Assembly (NCBI RefSeq): GCF_964204645.1
Contig: NC_134029.1
Coordinates: 13,852,850 to 13,916,849, forward strand
Direction: 5' to 3'
Origin: Tubulanus polymorphus
Lineage: Eukaryota > Animalia > Nemertea
DNA: 64,000 nt
Below the pieces are notes generated by a model, which was not told the DNA's origin, searched no databases, and worked only from the letters and a program-made list of their open reading frames with translations. This document shows positions 38,632 to 51,685 of this stretch, piece after piece (position 1 is the stretch's first letter; each line of letters opens with the position of its first letter). The translations under genes were made by a program, and so were the position numbers.

Positions 38632-41600
38632 TGTCGAATTATTGCCTATGGAACGCTTCGAGGTTTCAACATCAACAACACGAATTAATCCATCTTTTCC
38701 TGGATAGACCAATTTGATTTCTCCCAATTTCCACTGCTGCCTTGGAAGATCTTTATCAATAAATAACACAATATCTCCGATCGCAACTGATTTGGAGACA
38801 ACCATTTCTTTCTCGCGCTCAACTGAGGTAGAATCTCTTGGATCCACCTACACCAAAACTGACGAACGACTTCCTGACTATGTCGCCACTTGTTACGCAA
38901 ATTGAACAGAATGCAGTCTACACTACTCGGCGCAGTATCTCCGCTGACTCGTCCCACGATAAAATGATTTGGTGTCAATATAGGTTCATTTATATCTTGA
39001 CCAACCAACGGTCTCGAGTTCATTAGTCCTTCAACTAATGTAACGACTGTACGAAACTGCTCATCGTTTAATTCGCTACCTCCGATTATTGCTTTTATCG
39101 AACACTTTGCGGCTTTAATCATTGTTTCAAATACACCACCTGTGGACTAACAGGTGGATTCCAAATCCAGTTTACTCCGTTATTTGCTAAGTTATTCGAT
39201 ATCTTATCTTGATCAAGACTATCAAGACAATCGACGAGCTCCTTCAACTCTGATTCTCCTGAAACGAAACTTCCACCGTTATCTGATAAGCATCTTTTGG
39301 GCCAACAACGCCTCGCCGCAAATCTTGAGAATGCGCAAAGGAACGAATCTGTATCCAGGCTATCAGTAGCTTCGAGATGTACCGCTCTGACTTGCAGATC
39401 GACCATCAAAAGGAGGTATCTTTTCGCCCTAGCACGACCTCTGCCCACCTTAACTGAAAACGGACCAGCGAAATCCAAACCGATTTCTGAAAACACATTC
39501 CATGATGAGTTTACTCGAATACTAGGCAGAGGAGCCATCTGTTGACTGAGACGCTTGTTTCGTAACCCTCTAAGACAATACGCACAGTTGTTCGCGATTT
39601 TCTTAACCACAGTCGACCCTTGTAAAATCAGATATTTTCTACGAAGAGTGTTAAGAATATGTACTGGTCCTACAATATGTGCAGTATCATCATGTGCCTG
39701 TACTATCAAAAGTCTTGTAATGTCACTCGACTTTGACAGAATTATCGGAAATTTTGTTTCTTCCGGTAATAATTAGCATCTTTCGACTCTCGTTCGCGAT
39801 CGAAGAACTCCATTTTCGTCCAGGTATGGGTTCAATCCTGCGATTTTACTACTGAGTAATACATTTTTCTTCTTTTCTAATGCTACTATTTCTTCACTGA
39901 AAGCTTCTCTTTGACCTACTTTCACAAACTCTACTTCCGCTGCTTTCAGTTCATCAGGAGACAATACACGATCATAATTTCTGCTTGACTTACACGTTAT
40001 ACAGTTCAATACAAATCGCTTAATCCACGCATAAATTCGAACCAGCGAAAACTTTCCTGTCGAGGATATACCACCGTTTTGTACGGGTAACCATCTAGAC
40101 CATCGACTAGGTTTCAAACTCCACACAAATTCATCGAGTGGAATATTCGTCATCGAATCATCATTTTCTTTGCGATTTTCTGTATTTTCGACATTTAAAT
40201 CCAACGCACGAATCATAAACCCAGTAGGTTTTTCTGCATCTGGATTTTCGACTGTTTCATGAGTAATATAATCCCTCCAATCTTCACGAATTTCATCCAT
40301 TGCTTTGGATGATATTTTGATCTCTGTTTCTGGCCACGAGTCTGAGTTATCACATAGAAATTGTGGTCCGTGCCACCATAACTCTTCATCTTTCAACCGA
40401 ACTATACTGCAGCCTCTTGACGCGACATCTGCTGGATTACAGCTTGTTGGTACGTATCTCCACTGAGACGGAGAGGTAACTTCATGAATTTTACCAATAC
40501 GATTGGAAACAGAAGTCTTGTAGCTTCGACTTTCTCCTCTTAACCAGAACAAAACATCATAAGAATCGCTCCAGAAAGTAGCTTTTTCTATTCGTAATTT
40601 CAGCACTTTACATACTCGTCTTGTCAACTGCATACCAATTTCCATTAACTCTAGCTTCGGAATTTGAAATACTCATTGTTGGAGCCAACTTCGATTTTGC
40701 AGTAACTAGTGTGACAGTAACTGAACCATCTTCATATGTAGTTAACTGATACACTGCTTTGGAGTAAGCTCTAATCGAAGCATCACCGAATGTATGTAAA
40801 GTCACCGATTTTACATCTTTTCGAGTCTTCAAACATCTTGGTATGTGGAGACATGAGATCAATGACAAATCTTCACACCACGATTTCCATTTCTGATGTA
40901 ATTGTGACGTAAGAATCTCATCCCATTTGAGTCCTTTCAGCCAGGTTTCTTGCAGAATGATTTTCGGTTCAAGGACTTTAGGTGTTATAAGTCCCATCGG
41001 GTCAAATATCCGAGCGATATGACTGAGAACTTCACGTTTCGTTATACTGTCGTGGTATTCTGGTACGTTAACTTGATATTCAAATGTGTCTGATTCTGCT
41101 TTCCAGTAGACACCCAGAACTTTGGTTTTTGGCAATACATTGTCTTGAATCTTCAATCTATCGGATTCCGGAATATCTTCTAAGTCATTTCTGTCATTTG
41201 ACATCCATTTTCTATAATGAAATCCTCCATCTGTAGCCAAAGCTGTTAACTGTTGTCTGGTGGCTATGGCAACATCTGGGTCATCCATTGAACAAATTGT
41301 GTCATCCATGTATGTTTTCGAATCAACTGCATCAGCTGCAAGGGGATAAACTTCTTTCTTCATTTTCGCATGAGTCTGCCATACATACTGAGCACAGCAG
41401 AGAGAGTATGTTCCACCGAATACATGACTTTTAAATTCATAGACTTCAATTTCACCGGATATCTGATTTTTCCAGAGAAATCTATGATACTTTCGATCTT
41501 CTGGCTTCATTTCTATTTGCAAATACATCTGTGAAAGATCTGCACCCATAGCTATGAGTCCACTTGTTAATGGAAACTTCAAATAAATCAGCTTGAAGTT

Positions 41601-44600
41601 TCGGTCCGGCATAAGCTTCGGAGTTCGGACTTTTTCCTTAGTACTTCGACGATCCATCAAATACGATCCGTACTTTTGTTGTTTCTCTATCTGGCTTAAC
41701 TATCGGAAAATGAGGTAAATACCATGCATCAACATTTTTGAACGATTTTAACGGACCTTTGAATTCAATGTTATCTTCGGTCAGGTATTCTGCGATTGTT
41801 TCTTCATACGATTTTTTGATGTCCGGATTGGAATCAATTTTCTTCATTAATAATTTGAGTCTGTTCAACGCTACTGACTGATAATTTTCCAGATAGGGAC
41901 TTTCATCATTCCAAGGAACGCCAATTTCATAACGCTTGCCGTCGAACTTCAACAATTGCTCAAGCTTTTTCTGAGCTATTTCTTCGTCAACTGATAATTT
42001 AGATCTTGATTCATCGAGATCCGATTTTTCTATCTCCCAAAACGCTTTAAGGGTAGAATCTAACGAAATTTCTTCTTCATTCGGATTTTCACGATTAGCC
42101 AAAATCGTTTGACAGATTACATGAGTCTGTTTCTTCACGTTATGTGACTGATTTACATTGTCACCGATACACGTCCAACCGAGCAGACAAAGACGAGCGA
42201 TTGGATCCGACGGTTTTGGACCGCATATTTCTTTCAAACAGTACAGTAGATGTCTACAATCTTTTCCAAGTATTCCCTCAATTGTAGAATTAACACCAAC
42301 ATCTGGAAAGGGTATACCTTGCAGATGTGTCCACCAATTACCTATCTTCGACCATGCAATCGACACCATACTGTCGCAAACGTTATCCACCACGTAAAAT
42401 CGCTGCGTGGCTAAGATTTTATCTGAACCGTTGTAATGTCTTATGTTTACATCACAAACTCTCGATTTCGTTGAAATTTCCGAACCATCGAATACTTTAA
42501 CCGTCAAAGTTTCATTGTTATATTTCAAATTACGCATATGCAATACAGCGTGAGTACTGAGGTAACTAATGTCACTGCACTCATCTAGAAGAACTATTGT
42601 CTGACGTTTATCATGACCATCACCAATATAGATAGGAAGAGTTCTCATTCCAACGTTCACTGAACTATCTGTAGCATATATCTGCTTCGCCATAAACGAA
42701 CCATTCTTTTTTACGTCAGTTTGTAATGACGACTGGATATTTTCTTGATCTGTAGTTTCATCATCTTTATTTTCCCGATCGTAAGTTTCTGATTTCTTAA
42801 ACTAACTGTGTGTTAGAGTACAGCCAGATACTCCACACTGTCGTCTACTATTACAATCCGACCCACGGTGATACGGATGTAAACATCGAAAACATGAACC
42901 AAGCCTTTTTGCAGTAGTCCAACGTTCATCGATTTTCATCTTTCGGAAACGGTCGCATTTTACTTCAGTGTGTTCCATTCCACACACGCTACATTTTACT
43001 GAATTACCCACGAAGGTACCACTACGTTTATTCGGTAATTTTCTATCAACAGTCTTCGAATCATGATCTCGAGCTTAACCAGTCATAGTACTGTACAAGC
43101 AATATCTCAGGAATCTTTCGAGATACAATGCTATACCAAGCACCATCACCGAGATAATCACCTTTTCCTCCAGCTTTCAATTTTGCCACTGCTGGTTCAT
43201 CTGTACTGTCAACTACGTTCACGAAGGCCGTCCAGTAACTGTTGAATGTCAACTTATTTCCATCAAATACAGGAACTTTTATGCGTTCAAGTTTGGAAAC
43301 AGCTGTAACAGACGATTCATCTTCTTCAAGGCTAATTCTCTTTCTTGGAGTGGACTTTTCTTTTTACTCATGTCATTATATTCATTGACCGAACGATTCA
43401 ATAACAGAGAGCGAGCCTTTTCTATTTCATATTCTGTTGTATTAAAAACCTCTTCTGCTTCAGCTTGAATATTCTGAACGCCTTTACTATTATTTTCTGT
43501 TAAGTGGAGTTGTTCTAACTCATCTAGTACTGACAGGACTAAATCTCTTTTCTCATGAATATTGTCTATTATCTCTAGTACTTGACTACCATTCCTTTCT
43601 AACACCTTTGCTGTCAATTTTGTTAGGAGTCTACTCAAAGTGCTTTTTTCTATTTTCTTAAGTTTTTTCAGCTTACCTAAACCACGTTTTGAAGGGCTGT
43701 TCGAATATCACGGATACCGGACACCGGACACCTAAATACCGGATACCGGATACTCGAGATTGCGGAGTATATAGCGCATCGGGTCTAATGATCAGCGGTA
43801 AACGGCAGTTCGTGTGAGATCTAGTAGAAGAATAAAAGGCCTATATTATTTTCATAATACATCGGTTTATGCTTTTCAAGTACAGTAGCATACAAATGTT
43901 ACCGGTTTAGACAATTCAATACCGATTTATTGCTTCCGAGTAATAACACGATTACATACGACAGACACGGTAACACACAGTGGACAGAAAATATTTTTTA
44001 TCATTCTGCCAATTTGAACGGATTACCGAATAGACCGTTACCGTTTTGGGCAGAGGTACTGTACAATACAAAATATCTATATCATTCAGTTTCACGAAGA
44101 AGGCCATTTTAATCAAGTTAAGCGTTATTGACGATCTATATTTTCATGATCTTTAGAATCAAATTTAACATCAGGGTAAATAGTCACTTCGAACTATGGT
44201 AGGAACCGGTATTCGACGAACTGATTTTTGAAGGTTATACCAAAACAATTGGTGTCCAGTGGTGTTGATTTTCGACGACCGCCATGGACTCAATTTCATT
44301 TTTAGGGACATCGTGATTGAGAATGAAATGTAGACATATCGTCCAATAAATAGAATATACCGAATATTCTCCTCCATAAAATAAGAAAACGAATTTTTAT
44401 TCTTTGTTTGTAAATACTTGTATTTCATTGGTGTTCAGCTCAACTATTCCATCGTAAATCAACAAAATGTACAGATCTTTAAAACAAACTTTATTAGAAG
44501 GAACTTTAGAACTGCCAGACTCGCTTATGGCCTTCCAACTTGAGATATAGGGCCTAGCAGTACTCAGTCCTATTAATGAAAGGATTTTACAGAAAAACCA

Positions 44601-45326
44601 AAAAGGGCCACCAATACATATCCATCACCGGTGAAGTAAGATAATAAAAAATGAATATAACGTTTAACTTCACCTAACCAAAGAAAAACAGTATTCAGAA
44701 AGAAATATGTATAATATTGAGATCGATGATGACACTAAAAACGTGAAAGCAGGCTGTATATTAAGACAAATAAGTTGGGTAGCCGCTGTAACAATTTGAC
44801 ATAAATGAATTGTGTGTCGCCGCAGTACTACTTACAACAGCACGGAAACGAATCCTTAGACCCGACGCGCTATATAATCCGCAATCTCGAGTATCCGGTA
44901 TCCGGTATTTAGGTGTCCGGTATCCGGTATCCGTGATATTCGAACAGCCGTTTTGTAGTACTATCGGTTGCATCAACATCAGCCATGATTGCGAAATTTT
45001 GTCAGCAGTTACTCAAGTCTAATTTTCTGATGTTTATACTTGCTGTTTCTGATGTTCTATTTCTATTTCATGAGTCAGCTTTACAGTTTTCTTGTGTTCC
45101 CGGGTTTCGGCACCATTTTATGTTCTTGTTTATCCTCGGGTCCTGGCATATAAACTATAAAACTGGCCCTTGAATCAGGGAAACTAATCTATCTGACTCT
45201 AACACCTGCTTCCATATTTGATCAACAACTTTATTATGCAACAGCTATACAAAAAAATCAACTCAAAAATTTGATATGTAACAGATGTAACAATTTTCAA
45301 TATAAGATCACAGGTTCGAATCTTCA
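38632..45326 (-). mobile_element. BEL/Pao LTR retrotransposon nested antisense in the Gypsy (5' LTR kept, 3' LTR lost)
   Basis: Minus-strand gag Zn knuckles (42802-43011), protease-like LLDECS, RT (YLPHFP, RIVFDGS, YMDD), RNase H FGDAS, integrase (LDFAGP, SDNG). PBS TGGTGCCGAAACCCGGG (tRNA-Phe-like) at 45115-45099; LTR about 45121-45326. Confidence 0.92.
43695..44949. mobile_element. Mutator-like (MULE) non-autonomous element inserted in the Pao gag
   Basis: ~95 bp TIRs GGCTGTTCGAATATCACGGATACCGG... and a 9-bp TSD GTTTTGAAG / GTTTTGTAG. Confidence 0.85.
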
Positions 45327-47218
45327 CCCTGTGCGAGAAAGGTTTGGCTGTGGTTTATGGTGTCACTAAGATGCACCAATATCTATATGGTCGTCAGTTT
45401 GAAATTGAGACTGATCAACAGTCGTTGGTAACTTTGTTGGGTGAAGCCAACGATATCCCAGCTACTGCATCGCGCCGTGTTCAGAGATGGGGGTAACTGT
45501 TGTCAGGTTATGATTATTGTATTAAATATCGTAAAGGAGTTGAAAATGTAGCTGACGCGTTAAGTAGGTTACCAGTTAGTGATAATCAAGGGGGTACGGT
45601 ACCTCAACCCCCAGCGTTTGTAAATCTTATGCAATGTATTAATCATGTAAATTCACCACTGACAGCTAAGCAGATTCGACACCTGACTGACAGGGACACA
45701 GTCCTATCAAAGGTTCGGGAGTTCATCCTGTCAGAAGACTGGTCAAACATTCCAGAGGACCAGCAGGCAGACTTCAAATCTCATAAACGCCGTTCCATTG
45801 AACTCAGTGTTCATTGTTGCTGTGTTTTATTGTAATGCCTACTGCTAGTCACAATCGTGTTATTGAAGAAGTTCATGATGCCCATCCAGGCATCTATATT
45901 ATTAAGGCAGTATGACGTGGTATTTGCTGGTGGCTAGGAATCAATGAGAATCTTGAAGAATGTGTCTGCAAATGTTCAATTTGTCAGGAGAACCGTGCAA
46001 AGTTGTCAGAGGCTCCTTTAAGTATGTGGGATTTTCCCAAAAGCCCATGGTCACGTATTCACATAGACTACCTAATTCCATTTCAAAATCGTATGATTTT
46101 AGTTGTTGTTGATTCATTTTCGAAATGGGTCGAAGCTACAATTATGTACAGTAGGCCTACTACTTCTTTTGCTACAATTGAAGAGTTGAGACGCATTTTT
46201 GCTGTCCATGGTTTACCAAAGTCTCTAGTGTCTGATAATGGTTCTAACTTTACTAGTAGCGAGTTTGAAAATTTTTGTATAAATAATGGAATCAAGCACA
46301 TAAAGAGTGCACCTTACAAGCCTGCTTCTAATGGACTAACTGAGCGAATGGTTCAATCAATCAAAAATGGTTTGAAAAAACTTTCTAGGGGTAGTTTGCA
46401 GAATCGATTAACTGGATTTCTGTTTAGATATAGGAGCCAACCTCATTCAGTAACTGGGGTATCGCCAGCTGAGTTATTGTATCGTAGAAAGCTGCGTACA
46501 CGCTTGAGTTTGATTTCTCCATGTTTAACTGAAGTAGTCGAAGCACGTCAGGAGAGCCAAAAGAGGAATCACGATAAGAGGAAAACATTGTGTAGAGAAA
46601 TCTCTCAAGGTGACTCAGTTTTTGTTTGAGAATGCCCCGGGTTCGAAGCCAAATGGTTGCCGGGTACTGTGGTTAGTAAGTTAGGATATAGGTTGCTTGA
46701 AGTAAAATTGTTAAGTGGTAGAAACGTTAGGAAACATGTGGTCGAAACTCGTTTAAGGTAAACTGATGATGATCAGTACATCGATCAATGTACATCAGTA
46801 TGGGAATCTGAGGGTCCATGTCCTGAGAGGGGAGATGTTGAAATTAGTGCTGTTCGAAGTTTAGATCCCCAAAAAAATTCTGGGAAGGTGCCAGCACTGC
46901 GACGTTCTAGCAGGACTGTTAAGAAACCTAACCGGTTAATTGAAAGCGAGGTTGTCTAGAATACTTGTATGTTTAAGTGATGTAATGTTTGCCGATGCCT
47001 GTATTTGGAAACTATGCATGTAAAATTAAGAGGGGATAATGTGGTATTTGTTACAGCTGCAAAGTATTGTGTAATTATTACATCCGCATATAATAAAGTT
47101 GCTTTTTGTATTGTCATGGCTGTTCATTGTTAGTATGAGGAATCTGTCCTCCTTAAATCCTCCTGCATCCACCCGGACATCACAATAAGCGCGTTAATTC
47201 AGGGGAAATCCTGCTTAA

Positions 47219-48068
47219 AGGTCAAGTGCCCTCTAAACTTTTTGAGGTTTTACTTTCCAAATGATACTTAAGTATATATAAATGATGACCTGCGATCAGC
47301 CTTAAAGAAAAAAAATCACTTGTGTCTTAAAACATGTCTTAAGTCATGTGTCTTAAATCAGTAAAAGTAAATAACTGGATGATTGACCAATATAGCGTAT
47401 GCATCTTGGCCGCAGCCACGTGTCAGCGCCACATTCGTGCGTCATCCTTGCCAAAAAAACATACATGTGTGTGAACTCAGTACACATGGCGTATATATAA
47501 AATCTATAACAACATCATTCCTTCGCTTTATTCACAGCTCTACTGCTGGCTATCCATTGTATGTTTGTTCTTTTACGTATAACAGTATCATCAGAAAGAA
47601 TTTAAGAATCTTAAACAACTTCTAAAAGGATTAAATACGCTGCGAATGGTGATTATGCGGTGCAGGATTTTAGACAGGAAACTGTTGGATTATTTCAGAC
47701 GTACACTGCTTATTTCACCACGGATTGTTTTAAAATCTGTCTAATAAAGCTAAGTTAATTGTTTTAAATCAAATCTATTAGTTTGCCATAGCTTCGCTAT
47801 TCATAAAGTGCACCAAAAGTTAGTTATTCTTCAGTGGTACAACGCACGTGGAAATGTGTGTTTGACTACAATGACGTCAGCAATCGTGGGTATTTCACAG
47901 CAAACGCGCACCTGCTGTGTACGGCAAACTGGTGATAATAGCCGACTTTAAAGTTTTCTTTCTCAGTAATGGCTTTACTAAAATCAGAATTAGTAACACA
48001 CTTATCATTTATACACATAGGTAGAAAAAAGGTTCTATACAACATTCTATTTAGAGGGCACTTGACCT
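47219..48068. mobile_element. Kolobok-like MITE (TTAA TSD)
   Basis: TTAA|AGGTCAAGTGCCCTCTAAA ... TTTAGAGGGCACTTGACCT|TTAA. Confidence 0.85.
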
Positions 48069-48391
48069 TTAATGCTCATAGGCCAGCATCTTAGCGACGC
48101 ATTGAAGTTGTTTTTGCCTCACATACCCAACATAACTTTTGAAATAATTGAACCTTTAGAAAGGAGGGGTATCCCAGTACAGGTATGCCAGTACATCCGA
48201 GCCAAATGCCACACCGTGTTTGGTACCCATATTCCGAGCAAAAGAGGTCGAGGAAATTCCTTTTTTCATCATCATTCTGCCTCTCAGGACCAATTAATTT
48301 CAAACATATAACCGAAATTCGTTACCTATCGAATTTGCCGAAATTATGGCACCATTTATGGGGACCTCTTCTCCACTCTAGCTACTATTTT

Positions 48392-48650
48392 GCATCTTCA
48401 CCCGTCAAGGGATTCGAACCCACTACGCTAAAGCTGTTCGCCGAACCCCTTGACCTCACGAGTCATTTGAGTCGTTACTAGCCGACCAGAATCCGGTCGT
48501 ACCAATCGAAGCGCTTGTAACAAACGACTTAAGCCTTCTATTGGTTTTCCCGTTAAATAGACCAATCAGCGAACGTTTTTCTGAACAAGGAAGTATTTCG
48601 CAAATCGATATATGACGTCATGTGCAACAGCGCCAGTAATGAAATCACAC
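48392..48650 (-). repeat. Dispersed repeat with tRNA-like B box (second copy ~54773-54981)
   Basis: Minus strand GGGTTCGAATCCCTTGACGGGTGAAGATG; both copies share CCAATC..AGCGCTTGTAACAAAC...AGCGCCAGTAATGAAATC. Confidence 0.6.
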
Positions 48651-50453
48651 TTCATGAGGCCAGGGGGCATCTTCGAGCTACTAACCTATTAATTATGGTC
48701 CGATGCCAGTTGAAAATGTTGAACGGAGCCGAAGACGAAGACCTTGTAGGCATATCTCCATAACACGAAAATTCGATCAAGACTAAAGCACGGTTTAGGA
48801 CTCGGCAGCAGATACCAGGTCCGGAAAAAATTTTCAAAACGTGTATTGTCGGTTCCTAGCACGATTTCAGCATTTTTAGGGAGTTCCCTGAAATTTCAGC
48901 GTTTTTCTTGAATTCACTGAAAGTTGAGCGTTTTATTTTCAGCGTTTTGGTGTTTCCGCTTTTTCAGCGAAGTTCAGGAACCAGCACAGAGGTTCCTCCA
49001 AACAGTATATATAACAGGTACATGTGATCGGTGCATCGTTGGTTCCTAGAACGATTTCAGCGTTTTAAGGGAATTCCCCGAAATTTCAGCGTTTTTCAGC
49101 GTTAATTATAATTAAGTTAATAATATTAACTTTGGGACCGTCTCAAAAAGTCAATAAGCTAAAACCTTACAGTTAAAGAACATAAATTCTTGAATACTTT
49201 CAAAAGATCATTGATATGTATCGCCTAAATTTTGACAGTCCTGTGACGTTATGAGCTTTGACTATAGTATGGTTGTGTCTGAAATACGACAAATTCTTAG
49301 TATTTCGTATCGTACTTTAGCATTACTCGCAAAAAATCAACATTTTGTAATTTTGTTTCGCATTTCGTTTCATATTTCGTAATTTCGTTTCATACTTGGT
49401 AATTTTGTTTCATATTTCATAATTTCGTCGTTTTGTACATTAGCAGGACCCATCTTGTAGGGAACAATTGAAACATTATTTTGAGTCATTTTCAGCTGTT
49501 TCTAATGTTTTACTAGAACGGAGTTACAATTTGAAGCTACTATGAAAATGAGGAGAGTCAGCGCCTTTTTTTTTTACTAAGACTTTCGATCCAATTTACC
49601 AGCACTGGCATGACGTCAACCACAGCGTTATAACATGTATATACATATACTGACGGGATCCTGCAAATTCCCAGGAAATACCAACCTACCTCCCCTTTTT
49701 CAAATTAAACCTATTCCGAATAGGTATTCCCTCTGCCGTCGAGGAGAGGCCGTAAAAGGAATCTTCCGAACTTACGTGGTCTTCCGAAATTACAGTGAGT
49801 TACCCTACATCTACTTGAAATGAGCACAGAAAAATAAAGCGGCGCCCACTATATGATGGACAGGCCGAGCAGCGAGCAGCGTCACCAACATTGTAGAATG
49901 CATTGAATGGGAAACATTGGAATCTGGACCCACAGCTCAAGATGATCTACAAGAGTAGATATACACTGGTAAACCTCCCGGTGGACAGGCATTTTACCCC
50001 AGGAGACACTCTAGCCAACTGGTAGATCTAGCCAGCAGATCTAGCAGGGGCCTTGGATCCCTTTTCTTCTAATGTTAGTGTAAGGACCCCAGCTGTAAGT
50101 AACCACCAATGATTCCCAAGGCTGTGTCAGCCTCAAGCTTTGCAAGTGGAGAGGCTTGGGTTGTGGAGGAGAATTCACAGCTGTCATATATCTTTTCTTT
50201 TTCTTTCTATCCTAAATCTGTTATGTAACAGTCAATAGTGACTGTGGCAACATATGATGTAGATGTACATGTAGATGAGTATGTAGCATCACCTCATATG
50301 AAGATGAGTAATGAATTGTTGATGCCTGTTCTATTTGGTACAAAATCAGGGTCTGAAACCAGAGGGCATCAAATCACTCATTAATTTTTTTTTCATATAA
50401 ATGGGAGACAGAAAAGCATTCTTAGCGTCAATAAATAATAGAATAAAATCAAC

Positions 50454-51685
50454 AAATAAATTGCCCATGGACAAAGTGTGGTTTACCTTGAAAGCTAGAG
50501 GTTGTATGGAGTAAGGGCATTGCTTTAAAAATCTTTTTAATTCGTGACTTCATAGTTCTACAAGTTCATATTGTATTTATCTTTCTTAAAGAATTATTTT
50601 GCAGTCAAAAAGAACAAAGATATACATTTGTTTACGGTCCACGTACAACATTTCGTAGGGTACATGTAGGCGCGGCAGGTAAAGTATTTTATATTTTCAA
50701 AAAAATATGTTTCACAATATGAAAAAATATTCAAATAAAATTCATATGATGTCTCATATCAGAGGGTGGCTGAATATTGAGTCTTGGAAACCTCTTCCAA
50801 TGTATGGCCGCGGAAGCTAAAATACCGGTACAGTAAGAAATCGGCGTATTAGATCCTTTCAAATCCTAGAATTTACCACCACAATATTCAGACCTCGACC
50901 TATACCTATAGTTTGCTGCTTAGTATTTTCAGGTCACAAGAAATTACAATTTATTACAAATTCTATCAAACAGAAAACACAGCGCGCATCTTCTGCTACC
51001 ATTATTCAGCCGATTTTCATGTCAAACGTGCACGCGCCAAGCAGCGTTACAGCATCATCATATAGTAGTGTACTGTACGAGTGTGTGTTTGTGTGCGCAC
51101 GTGGAAGCCTTCTGTAAGTGAATGTTCGCTTACACTTCAATGTGAATCAAAACAATCACCGGGTATTAAAATGAAACAATACCTATTGTGGATGTGTGAA
51201 ATAATTACATATTCACCTGTCACTCCGTGCAAGTGGAGGCCTTGTGTAAGTAAATGTTTGCTTACACTTCAATGTCAATCAAAACAATCACAGGATATTA
51301 AAATGAAACAATACCTATGGCGGATGTTGTCATGACTAATATGCTATATTCTACATTTCAATATATTATAAGTTACAGTCTATGGTTTTTGAACGGTATT
51401 CTCAAGTCGGCATCCAGTCATATCAGTCATGACAACATTTCACAGATATGTGAAATAATTACACATTCACCAGCAATGAGCATTTGAAATTCGCACGTAT
51501 ACGCCACCTAGTCCAATGAAACGTTCGCCATTCTATGGCTTACCCATAATTATTTTAGAAGCGCCGGAATTCCCCGTATATCCCAAAAACACCCAATCAC
51601 ATTCGCACGTTAAGAGGATGCCCCCAATCGAGGTCATTGCAATTTTATACGCAGGAGCTAAGAATTTTTCCACCAAAACAGTTTT
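50454..51685 (-). mobile_element. Helentron-like element, copy 4 (split by a LINE; last ~50 bp at 57050-57101)
   Basis: Same left end (AAATAAATTGCCCATGGACAAAGTGTGGTTTACCTT). Lacks the Harbinger MITE and has an internal duplication. The terminal AATTGGCTCAATGCC...AAGGTAAACCAAAA resumes right after the LINE tail. Confidence 0.8.

Larger units (their letters stand above)
35552..47184 (+). mobile_element. Ty3/Gypsy LTR retrotransposon with both LTRs (decayed, interrupted)
   Basis: 5' LTR 35552-35681 and 3' LTR 47040-47184 (TGTGGTATTTGTTACAGC...TCACA); 5-bp TSD ATAAG; PBS TGGCGACGAG at 35684; PPT AAGAGGGGATAA. Gag with CCHC knuckles (35802-36632), protease LDTGAS, RT (LDLSQAYLQ, MPFGI, MDD at 38422), RNase H at ~45330, integrase 46003-46629. 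Confidence 0.95.
33500..48980. mobile_element. Probable long-TIR non-autonomous DNA transposon whose interior was invaded by the Gypsy and Kolobok-like elements
   Basis: ~33500-33635 (repeated ACGCTGAAATTTC...GCTAGGAACCG.CAATACACGTTTTGAAATTTTTTCCGG) is the reverse complement of ~48820-48950. Exact termini and TSD not resolved; a third partial copy lies at 49040-49100. Confidence 0.5.
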
